The position numbers and the translations under genes are program-made. 64,000 nt of DNA from an uncultured Chloroflexia bacterium. Lineage in GTDB: Bacteria > Chloroflexota > Dehalococcoidia > UBA2979. The stretch's first letter is position 1. Every line of letters begins with the position of its first letter. Location: the NCBI GenBank assembly GCA_963728205.1, contig CAVSIV010000006.1, positions 192,001 through 256,000 of the forward strand, in the 5' to 3' direction. Under the pieces are notes generated by a model. It was not told where the DNA came from and did no database searches. It worked only from the letters and a program-made list of their open reading frames with translations. This document shows, one piece after another, positions 40,073 to 49,991 of the stretch.

Positions 40073-41260
40073 CTAGCCACGGGGCAGGCCGAGGCCGCGC
40101 GTCGCGATCACGTTGCGCTGGATCTCGCTCGAGCCCTGGGCGATCGTGTCCGGGACCGCCGCGATGTACCCGGGCCCCCACTGCCCGTCGCCTCCGCGCC
40201 GGTCCTGCGGCGACGCGCCCTCCTCGGGCGCCGCGAGCAGCCCGTGGAGCCCCTGGAAGTTCACCCCGAGGTTGTGCAGCGCCTGGCTCGTCTCGCTGGC
40301 GAGCAGCTTCGTGATCGACACCTCGTAGTTCGGCACGCCGCCCGACGCCTGCATCGACACCACTCGATACGCGAGGTTCGCGGACACCTCCACGGTCGCG
40401 GCGAGCCCGGCGAGCCGATCGCGCGCGGCGGCGCGCGAACGACCCACGCCCTCGGCGCGGACGTCGCGCATCGCATCGAGGCAGCGGTCGAGCAGCCGCC
40501 GCAGGCTCGCGATGCGCGCGATGCCCGAGCGCTCGAAGTCCATCGTTGCGGCGTTCACGTACCAGCCGCGGTTCTCGTCCCCGACGATGTTGCGGGCCGG
40601 CACCCGCACCTCGTCGAGGAAGACCTCGTTGAAGTGATGGCGGTCCTGCATGTCGATCAGCGGCCGCACGGTCACGCCCGGCGCGTCGAGCGGGACGACC
40701 AGCATGGAGATGCCGCGGTGCTTGGGGGCGTCGCGGTCGGTCCGCACGACGGTCCAGAGGTAGTCGGAGTAGTGCGCGCCGCTCGTGAACCGCTTCGCGC
40801 CCGTCACGACGAAGTCGTCGCCGTCGCGCACGGCGCGCGTCTCGACGTTCGCGAGGTCCGATCCCGCGTGGGCCTCGGAGAGCCCCATCGCGAACGAGAT
40901 CTCGGCCGCCGCGATCTTCGGGAGGTAGTCGAGCTTCTGCTCGTCGGTGCCGAACAGGATGATCGAGGGGCCGACCTGCTGCACCGCGCGCCGGTGGTGC
41001 TCCTGGGGCGCGCCAGCGTAGGCCATCTCCTCCATGTAGATCATCTGCTCGAAGTAGCCGAGGCCCTGGCCGCCGTACTCCGCCGGCCATGCGACGGCGA
41101 GCCAGCCGCGCTCGGCCGCGGCGCGCGAGAACTCCGGCGACCACCCGGGCCGGCCGCGCTCGCGCTGCGCGCGCCAGAACTCGGGGGTAAGCGTGTCGGA
41201 CAGGAAACGGCGCACCTCCGCGCGGAAGGCGTCCTGCTCGGGCGAGAAGCGGAAGTCCAT
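40073..41260 (-). CDS. Acyl-CoA dehydrogenase
   Basis: LSEAHAGSDLA, FNEVFLDEV, GSSEIQRNVIA. Confidence 0.94.
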   Translation of the reverse strand: MDFRFSPEQDAFRAEVRRFLSDTLTPEFWRAQRERGRPGWSPEFSRAAAERGWLAVAWPAEYGGQGLGYFEQMIYMEEMAYAGAPQEHHRRAVQQVGPSIILFGTDEQKLDYLPKIAAAEISFAMGLSEAHAGSDLANVETRAVRDGDDFVVTGAKRFTSGAHYSDYLWTVVRTDRDAPKHRGISMLVVPLDAPGVTVRPLIDMQDRHHFNEVFLDEVRVPARNIVGDENRGWYVNAATMDFERSGIARIASLRRLLDRCLDAMRDVRAEGVGRSRAAARDRLAGLAATVEVSANLAYRVVSMQASGGVPNYEVSITKLLASETSQALHNLGVNFQGLHGLLAAPEEGASPQDRRGGDGQWGPGYIAAVPDTIAQGSSEIQRNVIATRGLGLPRG

Positions 41261-41294
41261 CGCGGCCCCTTCGCGGGTGGGCGTGGTCGGCAGT

Positions 41295-42074
41295 CTAGCG
41301 CCGCCCCCGTCCTTTCCGCCTGCGCCGGGGAGGGGCGCGGTCGGGAGTCGAGCGCACCGCGCGCAGCGCGTAGCGGCCGCGGTTGCCGGGGAGGCCGCCC
41401 TCGGCGCGGTCGAGCGGCGCGAGGTCGAGCGCGGCGACATGAACGAAGCCCGCGCGGGCGACGCGCGCGGCGATCGCGGCGACGTCCGTGGCCCGCAGCA
41501 GCGGCAGCGCCGCCAGGACGTCGTCCGTGTAGAAGGGGTCGGACTCGGCGGCGGGGGCCGCGGACGCGCCGGTCTCGCCGGTCTCGGCGGCGCGCTCCGC
41601 CGCCGCGTGCGCCCACAGCCCGTCGACGACGAGCAGCCGGCCGCCCGGCCGCAGCAGGTCGTGCCAGCGCGCGAGCGTCGCGTCGGGCTCGCGCAGCGTC
41701 CAGAGCACGTGGCGGCTCACGATCGCGTCGAAGGCGGCGTCGGGGAAGGGCGGGTCGACGGCGTCGCCCTCGACGTACGCCGGCGGGATCGCGACCTCGC
41801 GCGGCGGCGGCGCGATGCGCGCGACCTCGAGCATGCGCCGCGAGAGGTCGATGCCGGTGACGCGATGGCCCAGCTCGGCGGCGCGGCGCGCGAGGAAGCC
41901 GGTGCCGGTGCCGGCGTCGAGCACGTCGGCGGGGGCCGGCGGCAGGGCCGCGCGGAGCAGGTCGTGCCAGGCGCGGCGCTCGGCGTCGGAGCGGACCTCA
42001 TGGCCGGGCTGGTCGTCGTAGCCGTTCGCCGCTGCATCCCACGCGGCGGTGATCCGGGCCTGCACGCCGCTCAC
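41295..42074 (-). CDS. Class I SAM-dependent methyltransferase
   Basis: VLDAGTGTGF, FDAIVSRHVLWTL, LRPGGRL. Confidence 0.88.
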   Translation of the reverse strand: MSGVQARITAAWDAAANGYDDQPGHEVRSDAERRAWHDLLRAALPPAPADVLDAGTGTGFLARRAAELGHRVTGIDLSRRMLEVARIAPPPREVAIPPAYVEGDAVDPPFPDAAFDAIVSRHVLWTLREPDATLARWHDLLRPGGRLLVVDGLWAHAAAERAAETGETGASAAPAAESDPFYTDDVLAALPLLRATDVAAIAARVARAGFVHVAALDLAPLDRAEGGLPGNRGRYALRAVRSTPDRAPPRRRRKGRGRR

Positions 42075-42529
42075 GCGTGCGGCTCCCCGTCCTCCATGTA
42101 GAGCGTCGCGCCCGTGCGGGCCGCCTCGAGGCAGCGCAGCACGCGCCGCGCGAGGTTGCGGGGCAGCAGCGCCGCCAGCTCGCCGGGGGCGGCGAAGCGG
42201 TACGCGCTCAGCTCGCCCGGCTCGAGGCGAATCGCCGCGATCGCCGTCGCGTCGAGCGCGCCGCCGTCGAAGAGGAAGTGCAGCCCCTCGCCGAAGCGCT
42301 CGTTGACGCGATAGTCGAGCCCGAGCAGACGGCCCACCGGCAGGTCGAGCCCGAGCTCCTCGCGCACCTCCCGCACGCACGCGCTGCGCGGCGACTCGCC
42401 GTCCTCGACGAGCCCGCCGGGCACCTCCCATCGCGGCTTGTAGGTGGGGTTCACGAGAAGCACGCGCTCGTCGGCGACGAACAGCGCGGCGGCGCTCATG
42501 TACTTGGTCGCGGGATGGAAGTCAGTCAT
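42071..42529 (-). CDS. NUDIX hydrolase
   Basis: Nudix box PGGLVEDGESPRSACVREVREELGL. Confidence 0.93.
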   Translation of the reverse strand: MTDFHPATKYMSAAALFVADERVLLVNPTYKPRWEVPGGLVEDGESPRSACVREVREELGLDLPVGRLLGLDYRVNERFGEGLHFLFDGGALDATAIAAIRLEPGELSAYRFAAPGELAALLPRNLARRVLRCLEAARTGATLYMEDGEPHA

Positions 42530-42688
42530 GCGGGGAGCGTAGCGCGGGCGAGGAGGGCCACGCGTCAGCGGGCTGAGCGAGCCCCGCGCACCCCGTGGCC
42601 CGTCGGCGAACGGCCCCGGCCCTGGTGCCTCCGGTGCGGCCGCGGTGCGCGCGGAGCAGAGCCACGGAAACCGCGTGACCGGCGCGCG

Positions 42689-43990
42689 TTACGCGCGGCG
42701 TTCGCCGATCACGCCGGCGGCGCGCAGCGAGTCCAGGTCCGCCTCCGTCAGTCCGTGCTCGAGCAGCACCTCGTCGGTGTGCGCGGCGAGCGGGGGCGAC
42801 GCGCGCCGCGCGCGCGTGGGCGTGCCGGACATGCGCACGATCGGCCCGACGACGCGCTGCGGACCGGTCACCTCGTGCTCGAGGTCGACCATGATCTCCA
42901 TCGCCTCGACCTGCGGGTCCTCGGACATCTCCTCGGGGAAGTGCACGGGCGCGACCGGCACGCCCTCGGCTTCGAACAGCGCGACCCACTCGGCGACGGT
43001 CTTCGTGCGCATCTGGTCCTGGATGCGCTGGCGCCAGACGCGGGCGAGCTCATGGTTCGCAGGGTCGGTCGAGTCGAAGTCGGGGCTGTCGGTGAGGTCG
43101 AGACCCTCCATGCCCAGCACCCGCCGCGCGGCGGCGCGCGTGGGCTTCGTGAGGCAGCCGAGCACGAGCGTGCCGTCGGACGCCGTGTAGCCGGTGTAGT
43201 AGAGCCGCGGGATGCCGGCGCCGACCCAGCGGTACTCGTGCCGCGCGTGCAGCAGCTCCCCGTACGGCACGCCGGCGTCGCGCAGGCGGCGGATGCCGGC
43301 GATCATCGGGTCGCGCAGCGTCGCGTCGGTCACGCCCTGGCGCATCACGTAGACGTCCTGGATCGAGAGCGCCGACTGCAATAGCGAGCCGTCGATCACC
43401 TGGCCGGCGCCGGTCTCGCGCCGGTGGTAGAGCGCCGCGCAGATCGCCATCGCGCAGGCGAGCCCCGTGGTGTAGTCCGAGACGGCCGGCGTGAGCTGCA
43501 CGGGCGAGCCATCCTCGTCGATCTTCCCGTCGCCGGCGACAAGCCCGGAGTACGCGCCGGCCACGAGGTCCGTCGCGCCGTGGCCGGCGAGCGGGCCCTG
43601 CGTGCCGAAGCCGGTGATGCGGCAGTAGATGAGGCCGGGGTGCAGCGCGTGCAGCGTCGCGTCGTCCACGCCGAGCCGCTCCGCCACGCCGGGCCGGTAG
43701 TTGATGAGGACGACGTCGAACGACGGCACGATGCGATGGATGAGCGCCCGCCCGCGCTCGTGCTGGAGGTCGACGCCGAGGCTGCGCTTCCCCCGGTTGA
43801 GCGACTGGAAGCGCTTGCCCTCGCCCGGCACCACGGCGCCCGACGAGCGGTAGGCCTCGCCCTCGAGCGGCTCGACCTTCACGACGTCGGCGCCGAGGTC
43901 CGAGAGGTTCACGCCGACGTAGGGCGCGGCGACGATCTGCGAGAACTCGAGGACCTTGATGCCGGCCAGCGGTCCCTCGGCGTTCGCCAC
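42689..43990 (-). CDS. CaiB/BaiF CoA-transferase
   Basis: LSDLGADVVKVEP, NRGKRSL, NYRPG. Confidence 0.93.
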   Translation of the reverse strand: MANAEGPLAGIKVLEFSQIVAAPYVGVNLSDLGADVVKVEPLEGEAYRSSGAVVPGEGKRFQSLNRGKRSLGVDLQHERGRALIHRIVPSFDVVLINYRPGVAERLGVDDATLHALHPGLIYCRITGFGTQGPLAGHGATDLVAGAYSGLVAGDGKIDEDGSPVQLTPAVSDYTTGLACAMAICAALYHRRETGAGQVIDGSLLQSALSIQDVYVMRQGVTDATLRDPMIAGIRRLRDAGVPYGELLHARHEYRWVGAGIPRLYYTGYTASDGTLVLGCLTKPTRAAARRVLGMEGLDLTDSPDFDSTDPANHELARVWRQRIQDQMRTKTVAEWVALFEAEGVPVAPVHFPEEMSEDPQVEAMEIMVDLEHEVTGPQRVVGPIVRMSGTPTRARRASPPLAAHTDEVLLEHGLTEADLDSLRAAGVIGERRA

Positions 43991-44094
43991 GTGCTGCTCC
44001 CCGTCCCATGCCTGCGGTCGCGAGCCGCAGCCTAACGGACGGGGGGCGGCGACGGGAGAGCGGCGGCGGCACGAGGCGCGTCAGCGGCGCGCCG

Positions 44095-44616
44095 TCATGC
44101 GCGCTGTTCGCCGGGCGGCGGCACCGCGCACTCGAGGGTGGCGCGGAGGAGGTCGCGCGTCGTGACGATGCCCACGATGCGGTCCTCGGCATCGACGACC
44201 GGCAGGCAGGAGATGCCGTGCTCGAGCAGGATCGCGGCGGCCTCCTGGACGAGCGCGCCGGCGGGCACGGTGATCAGCCGGTAGGTCGCGGCCTGGAAGA
44301 CCTTGCGGTGCAGGGTGGCCTCGTCGCGACGCTGCGCGGCGTTCGTGTCCGCGTACGGGCTGATGGCGCGGAGCACGTCGCGGTCGGAGACGAGGGCGAT
44401 GACCGAGCCGGCGTCCTCGACGAACAGGTGATGGATGCCGAAGTGCTGAAACTGGTTGCGCGCTTCCCAGAGCTCGGCGTCGGCGGCGATGGTGTGGAGG
44501 TCGTGCGACATGATCTCGCCGACGGTCTGGCCGCCGAGGATGTCGTGCGAGCCGACGGGGATCGGGTGGCGGGGCGCGATCTGGCGGGGACGCGGGCGGA
44601 TCGGTTCGACGGCCAT
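44095..44616 (-). CDS. CBS domain pair protein
   Basis: VGEIMSH, LVSDRDVL, CLPVVD...VGIVTTRDLL. Confidence 0.88.
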   Translation of the reverse strand: MAVEPIRPRPRQIAPRHPIPVGSHDILGGQTVGEIMSHDLHTIAADAELWEARNQFQHFGIHHLFVEDAGSVIALVSDRDVLRAISPYADTNAAQRRDEATLHRKVFQAATYRLITVPAGALVQEAAAILLEHGISCLPVVDAEDRIVGIVTTRDLLRATLECAVPPPGEQRA

Positions 44617-44695
44617 GGCGGGGCTCCCCTCGTGGTCCTCCCCCCAAGAGCATCGACGCGACACTCCGTGTGGCGCAGCGTCCAACGGTGAGGCA

Positions 44696-44722
44696 GCTTC
44701 GAGCGGCGCCTGGTCAAGGCGC
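44696..44722 (+). repeat. REP family A, dispersed copy
   Basis: GCTTCGAGCGGCGCCTGGTCAAGGCGC. Confidence 0.8.
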
Positions 44723-44793
44723 CGGTCGGTGCGTCCGACGAAACCAGCCGGTCCGCGGGGTAGCGATCCGGCGTGCCGGCAGCGGCCGCCGAG

Positions 44794-45435
44794 TCAGGCC
44801 TCGCCGCCGCGGCGCGAGGCGAGCGCGCGGGCGGCGCCGGCGAGCGCGCGGAGGCGCGCCGCGAAGCCGCCCACGGCGACCGCGCGGCCGGGCGGCGGCA
44901 CGAAGACGTGCTCGCGGTACCAGCGCAGCTCGCGCACGCTCTCCCGCACGTCATCAATCGCGCGGTGCGCCTCGCGCTTGGGGGGCGGCTGGTAGCGCTC
45001 GGAGTACCAGCGTCGGACCAGCTCCTTTAGGGTGCTGACGTCGATCTGCCGATAGTGGAAGAAGGCGTCGAGCGCCGGCATCTCGCGGCGCAGGAAGCGG
45101 CGGTCCTGGGCGATCGAGTTCCCGCAGAGCGGCGAGACGCCGCGCGGGATCCACTGCTCGAGGAACGCCAGCGTCTGCCGCTCGGCCTCGCCGACGTCCA
45201 GCTGCGACGCGCGGATCCGCTCGACGAGGCCCGACCCGGTGTGGGTGCGCACGTTCCAGTCGTTCATGTGCGAGAGCTCCTCCTCGGTGCGGTGCACCGC
45301 GAGGACGGGGCCCTCGGCGAGGACGTTGAGGTCGCGATCGGTGACGAGGGTCGCGATCTCGATGATCACGTGCTGATTGGGCTCGAGCCCGGTCATCTCG
45401 AGATCGATCCAGCCGAGGTGAGTCTGGTCGCGCAC
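44794..45435 (-). CDS. orn: Oligoribonuclease
   Basis: [48 protein letters not shown]. Confidence 0.95.
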   Translation of the reverse strand: MRDQTHLGWIDLEMTGLEPNQHVIIEIATLVTDRDLNVLAEGPVLAVHRTEEELSHMNDWNVRTHTGSGLVERIRASQLDVGEAERQTLAFLEQWIPRGVSPLCGNSIAQDRRFLRREMPALDAFFHYRQIDVSTLKELVRRWYSERYQPPPKREAHRAIDDVRESVRELRWYREHVFVPPPGRAVAVGGFAARLRALAGAARALASRRGGEA

Positions 45436-45504
45436 GGGTGGAGCCTACGACGACGGTGTGCGAGCGTCATGCGCTCGCACGGGCGGCGGTCAGGAGCGAA
45501 CCTC

Positions 45505-46053
45505 ATGGTACGGTACATGCATGCATCGGCCGCCTCGCCGTCGGCTCACCGCTTGACCCGCTTGCTTCGCCGCCCCGCCCTCTGGCTGGCACTCGCGTTG
45601 CTCGTTGCGCTGCCGACGGCGTGTGGCCGACTGGGGAAGGACCATCGCGTGGCGAAGGCAGGCGACACCGTCGCGGTGAACTACACGGGCACCCTGGACG
45701 ACGGGACGGTCTTCGACTCGTCCGTCGGCCGCGAGCCACTCACGTTCACGGTCGGCAAGGGCGACGTGATCTCCGGGTTTGACCAGGCGGTCGTCGGGAT
45801 GGCCGTCGGCGACAAGAAGACCGTGCACCTGACGCCCGACCAGGCGTATGGGGAGCACCGGGACGACCTGGTGATCACGGTGCCGAAGGACAAGGCGCCG
45901 GAGGGCCTGCAGGAGGGCGACCGGGTGCAGCTCGGCAACGGCGCGCCGGCCACGGTGGTCACGGTCACGGCGGACTCGGTGACGGTGGACGCGAACAGCC
46001 CGCTCGCCGGCAAGGCGCTCAACTTCGAGATCGAGCTCGTCAGCATCAACTAG
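45505..46053 (+). CDS. FKBP-type peptidyl-prolyl isomerase (SlyD/FkpB-like) with lipoprotein-like leader
   Basis: YTGTLDDGTVFDSS, AYGE, DANSPLAGKALNFEI; LPTAC lipobox; start uncertain. Confidence 0.9.
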   Translation: MVRYMHASAASPSAHRLTRLLRRPALWLALALLVALPTACGRLGKDHRVAKAGDTVAVNYTGTLDDGTVFDSSVGREPLTFTVGKGDVISGFDQAVVGMAVGDKKTVHLTPDQAYGEHRDDLVITVPKDKAPEGLQEGDRVQLGNGAPATVVTVTADSVTVDANSPLAGKALNFEIELVSIN

Positions 46054-46149
46054 CTCACGGCAACGGCAGCGCGACCGCCTCGGCGGCGGCGACGCAACGC
46101 GTCGGGGGCGGCGCGACGGACCTACGCCCCGTGCTCGTCGCTGCCGTTG

Positions 46150-46392
46150 TTAGACCGGCAGCGACTCGTCCGTCACGCCGAACGAGCGGTAGACGGCGCG
46201 CACGGCGTCCTTCAGCTCGTCGACGTTCTTGTAGCGGCGATCGGGGAGCAGCGACAGCACGCGGCCGACCTCGCGGTCGATTCCGCCCTTGTCGCGCCCG
46301 GCGTTCAGGATCGCCGCCTTGGACGTGGGGTAGTGGAAGCCCTTGAACGCGGCCTCGTAGTCCTGCTTGCTGGCGTGCGGCGTCATCGGCAT
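46150..46392 (-). CDS. DUF2795-like small protein
   Basis: GFHYPTSKAAIL...LPDRRYKNVDEL. Confidence 0.75.
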   Translation of the reverse strand: MPMTPHASKQDYEAAFKGFHYPTSKAAILNAGRDKGGIDREVGRVLSLLPDRRYKNVDELKDAVRAVYRSFGVTDESLPV

Positions 46393-46486
46393 CGCGGGCG
46401 CGCCCTCCCTCTGCGCCGGGATGGTAGCGGCATGGCACGTTATGCGCGCAAGCGGCCCGCGGGCTCGCCCGTGCGCGCGGCGGCGC

Positions 46487-46702
46487 TCAGCGCGCGGTCA
46501 CCCGTGCCTCCGCGTCCGCCGCCCGCTCGGCGCGCACGATCTGGTAGCGCACGAACGCCTCGTCGATGTGCTGGACCGACTTCGACCGCCACAACGCCAG
46601 GGCGTCGTCGTAGTCGTCGAACGGGCCCTCGGGCGGGTCCGCGCGGACGACCTCGCGGAAGGTCGTGTCGCGGTACCGGCCGCCGACCACGAAGTACGAC
46701 AC
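46487..46702 (-). CDS. DUF4170-like small protein
   Basis: YFVVGGRYRDTTF...GPFDDYDDALALWRS...RYQIV; GGAGG RBS. Confidence 0.75.
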   Translation of the reverse strand: MSYFVVGGRYRDTTFREVVRADPPEGPFDDYDDALALWRSKSVQHIDEAFVRYQIVRAERAADAEARVTAR

Positions 46703-46745
46703 GGGCGCCTCCTCCGCGGGAGATCGTACCGCGCGGCCGCAGGCG

Positions 46746-46997
46746 TCAGGCGGGCGCAGTGCCCGGCGAGCTCGCGTCGGCGGCGTGGCGTGCCGGCGTG
46801 GGCATCACCCAGTAGGCGTGGGCGGCGGTCGTGCGATCGGCGAGCCCGTGCTCGACCAGCAGCGCCCGCGCGCCGACGAGGCCGGCGTCGAGCGTGTCGG
46901 CGACAAGCTCCCACCGGCCATCGCCCAGCGGCGGGTCGTTCGCCCGCAGCGTCGCGATCTCGTTCGTCTCGCGTCGGAAGTAGAGTCCCGGCTGCAT
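46746..46997 (-). CDS. Hypothetical protein
   Basis: 83-aa ORF collinear with neighbouring small genes. Confidence 0.55.
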   Translation of the reverse strand: MQPGLYFRRETNEIATLRANDPPLGDGRWELVADTLDAGLVGARALLVEHGLADRTTAAHAYWVMPTPARHAADASSPGTAPA

Positions 46998-47240
46998 CGC
47001 CTCTGCACCCTTCGTCCCGTGGGAGCGGGCGGCGGAGCGGGGCCGCCTTCATCATGCGCGTCGTGCCGGCGCGAGTTGTCAGCGGACGTACCGGAAGCTG
47101 TGATCGGTGTGTGAAGCGGGGCGACCGCGACCGCCGGGCGAGGTACCATAACGGTGCTTGCCCCGGCCGCGCCGCGCGTGGTACTCCGGGGCGACGCTCC
47201 GAGGCCCGGCGAGGCCGCACCCACTGGCAAGGACGGACCG

Positions 47241-47870
47241 ATGCCGCTCTACGAGTACTACTGCCGCGACTGCAACGGCGTGTTCGAACTGCTGCGACCG
47301 GCGCGCGAGGCGTCGAAGACGCAGCCCTGCCCCGATTGCGACGAGGATTCCGAGCGGATCATGTCCCGCGAGTGGGCGGCGTTCGTCTTCCGCGACGGCT
47401 ACCCGCGTCGCATTCCGGACGACGGCACGTTCTGGCACCTCGGCAAGAAGGTGTCGCAGCCGATCACCGGCCCGAGCGACGGCTACACGCACCCCGAGCT
47501 GAAGAAGCCCGACGAGATCCCGGAGCCGACCGTCGAGGACGTGGAGCGCTTCGAGGTGCTCGCCGACGTGAAGCGCGAGCGCGACCTGGAGACGGGCGGC
47601 GCGATCCACGACCAGTCGTTCGAGCAGGCGGAGGAGGGCATGAAGAAGATCCTCCGCCAGAGGGGCGGGCGACGCGTCGAGCAGGAGAAGCAGCGCGTCA
47701 TCAGCAAGCTCGTCACCGAGGATGCGCGCGCGCAGCGCATCGTCGCTCAGGAGCAGCGCGCGGCCGTCGCCGCGAGCAAGAAGCGCCGTCGCGCGGACGG
47801 CGACTTCGTGCCGAAGAGCAGCCCCGCGGACGACCAGCCGATGGACTTCCCGCCGCCGATCACGCGCTGA
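47241..47870 (+). CDS. FmdB-family zinc ribbon protein with long C-terminal tail
   Basis: MPLYEYYCRDCNGVFE...CPDC...RIMS. Confidence 0.85.
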   Translation: MPLYEYYCRDCNGVFELLRPAREASKTQPCPDCDEDSERIMSREWAAFVFRDGYPRRIPDDGTFWHLGKKVSQPITGPSDGYTHPELKKPDEIPEPTVEDVERFEVLADVKRERDLETGGAIHDQSFEQAEEGMKKILRQRGGRRVEQEKQRVISKLVTEDARAQRIVAQEQRAAVAASKKRRRADGDFVPKSSPADDQPMDFPPPITR

Positions 47871-47972
47871 CCGGCCGGCCGGTCGCGCAGCACACACAGC
47901 GCGCCCGCCTCACGGCGGGCGCGCTGCGTTCGCGCGGGGGGACGCGCGAGGCTGCGTGGCGCGCAGCGCCGC

Positions 47973-48908
47973 CTAGTGGCGGCCGGACCCGCGCATGCGT
48001 GGGTCGAGGATGTCGCGCAGCGCGTCGCCGAACATGTTGAAGCCGAACACCGCGAAGAAGATCGCGAGCCCGGGGTAGATCGCGAGCCCCGGCTGCCGCC
48101 GGAAGAAGTCGCGCCCGTCCACCGAGAGCATCTGCCCCCACGACGGCTGCCCCGCGGGGCCGAGGCCGAGGAACGAGAGACTCGCCTCGGCGAGGATCGT
48201 GGCCGGCAGCGCGATCGTGGACGTCACCACGATCAGCGGGACGATGTTCGGGAAGACGTGCCGCCACATCACGCGCATCGGCCCGGCACCGGCGGCCTCG
48301 GCCGACTCGACGAACGGGCGGTGGCGCAGCTCGACCACGGCCGAGCGGTAGATGCGCGTCACCGGCGCGATGCGCAGCAGGCCGAGCGAGAACAGCATCG
48401 CCATCACCATGTTGGTGTCGGTGCGGCGGACGATGCCGAGGATCGTGATCAGCACGACGAGGCCGGGCATCGCGATCATGGCGTCGATGATGCGGCTCAG
48501 CACGAGGTCGACCCAGCCGCCGGTGTAGGCGCTGAGCAGCGCGAGCGTGGTGGCGGCGGCGCCGCTGAAGAGCACCGCGCCGAAGCCCACCGTCATCGAG
48601 ACGCGCGCCCCCCAGATCAGCCGCGAAAGGATGTCGTGCCCGACGTTGTCGGTGCCGAGGCGATACTGCGCGCTCGGTCCCTGCAACGCGTGCTTGAGGT
48701 CGATGTGGTTCGGCGAGTACGGCGCGATGACGGGCGCGAAGATCGCGAGCGCGATGAAGAGGACGACGAGCACGGCGCCGATGAAGCCGAGCGGCTTGCG
48801 CCGCGCGAACTTCAGGACGGATCGCGTCGCGCGGCCGGCGCCGGTGCCCGCGATGCGCGTTCCGAACCCGACGCCGGGGCCCGCAACCGTGTTCGTCTCG
48901 GTGGCCAT
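47973..48908 (-). CDS. Peptide/nickel ABC permease (DppC/OppC-like)
   Basis: LGTDNVGHDILSRLIWGARVS, EASLSFLGLG, GDALRDILDPR. Confidence 0.94.
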   Translation of the reverse strand: MATETNTVAGPGVGFGTRIAGTGAGRATRSVLKFARRKPLGFIGAVLVVLFIALAIFAPVIAPYSPNHIDLKHALQGPSAQYRLGTDNVGHDILSRLIWGARVSMTVGFGAVLFSGAAATTLALLSAYTGGWVDLVLSRIIDAMIAMPGLVVLITILGIVRRTDTNMVMAMLFSLGLLRIAPVTRIYRSAVVELRHRPFVESAEAAGAGPMRVMWRHVFPNIVPLIVVTSTIALPATILAEASLSFLGLGPAGQPSWGQMLSVDGRDFFRRQPGLAIYPGLAIFFAVFGFNMFGDALRDILDPRMRGSGRH

Positions 48909-48919
48909 CGTGGGTGCTC

Positions 48920-49882
48920 CTACTGGTACCGGATGCGGGGGTCGATGAAGCCGTAGGAGACGTCGACCAACAGGTTCGAGGCGACGATGAGCACGGCGAA
49001 CACGACGTTGATCCCCTGCACTACGGGGTAGTCGAGGTTCATGATCGACGAGTAGATGTAGAGGCCCATGCCGGGCAGCCCGAAGATGATCTCGAACAGC
49101 ACCGTGCCCGCGATCAGGTTCGGCAGCTCGAGGCCGATGATGGTCACGATCGGGATGAGCGAGTTGCGCAGCGCGTGGCGCAGCAGCACCGTTCGCTCCC
49201 CCAGGCCCTTGGCGCGCGCCGTGCGGACGTAGTCCTGGCGCAGCACCTCGAGCATCTGCGACCGCATGATTCGCAGCAGCCCGCCCGACGGCGTGAGGCC
49301 GATCAGCAGGCCGGGCAACAGCATGATCTTGATGTGCTGCATCGGGTCCGCGAAGAAGTACGTGTAGTGGATCGGCGGCGCCCAGCGGAACCAGATCGAC
49401 CCGAACGTGATGATCATGATCGCGACCCAGAAGTTGGGCACGGACGTCGAGCCGACCGCGTACGTCCGCAGCAGGTAATCGGGCCAGCGGTCCTGCATCA
49501 ACGCCGAGATGATGCCCATGGGGATCGCGAGGAAGATCGCCGCGAGCAGGCCGATGATCCCCAGCTCCAGCGAGACCGGCAGGCGGTCGCCCATCTCCCG
49601 CAGGATCGAGCGGCCGTTGAAGAGCGACTCGCCGAGGTCGCCGTGGAGGAGATCGCCCACCCACGACACGTACTGGTGCGCGACGTTCTGCGTCAGCCCG
49701 TACTGGGCGCGCAGCTGGTCCATCAGCGCGGGGTCGCTGCGCCCGTATTCGCCGGCGATGACGTCGACGACGTCGCCGTAAACGGCGGGGACCACGACGC
49801 GAAGCCCGACGAAGACGAGCAACGTGACGAGCCACACGGTCATGAGGCCCATGAGCGACCGACGAACGATATAAGCAGCCAC
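48920..49882 (-). CDS. Peptide/nickel ABC permease (DppB/OppB-like)
   Basis: GDLGES, DYVRTARAKGL, HALRNSLIP, DPRI. Confidence 0.94.
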   Translation of the reverse strand: MAAYIVRRSLMGLMTVWLVTLLVFVGLRVVVPAVYGDVVDVIAGEYGRSDPALMDQLRAQYGLTQNVAHQYVSWVGDLLHGDLGESLFNGRSILREMGDRLPVSLELGIIGLLAAIFLAIPMGIISALMQDRWPDYLLRTYAVGSTSVPNFWVAIMIITFGSIWFRWAPPIHYTYFFADPMQHIKIMLLPGLLIGLTPSGGLLRIMRSQMLEVLRQDYVRTARAKGLGERTVLLRHALRNSLIPIVTIIGLELPNLIAGTVLFEIIFGLPGMGLYIYSSIMNLDYPVVQGINVVFAVLIVASNLLVDVSYGFIDPRIRYQ

Positions 49883-49991
49883 GGCCGCGTCCCCCCGCGT
49901 CCTTCGTCCTGGTCAGTGGTCGGCGGTCACCCGTGGCGTCGGAGAGCGGAGGACGCCACGGGGACCGCGCCGAGCCGGCGGCTGCCGGCGG

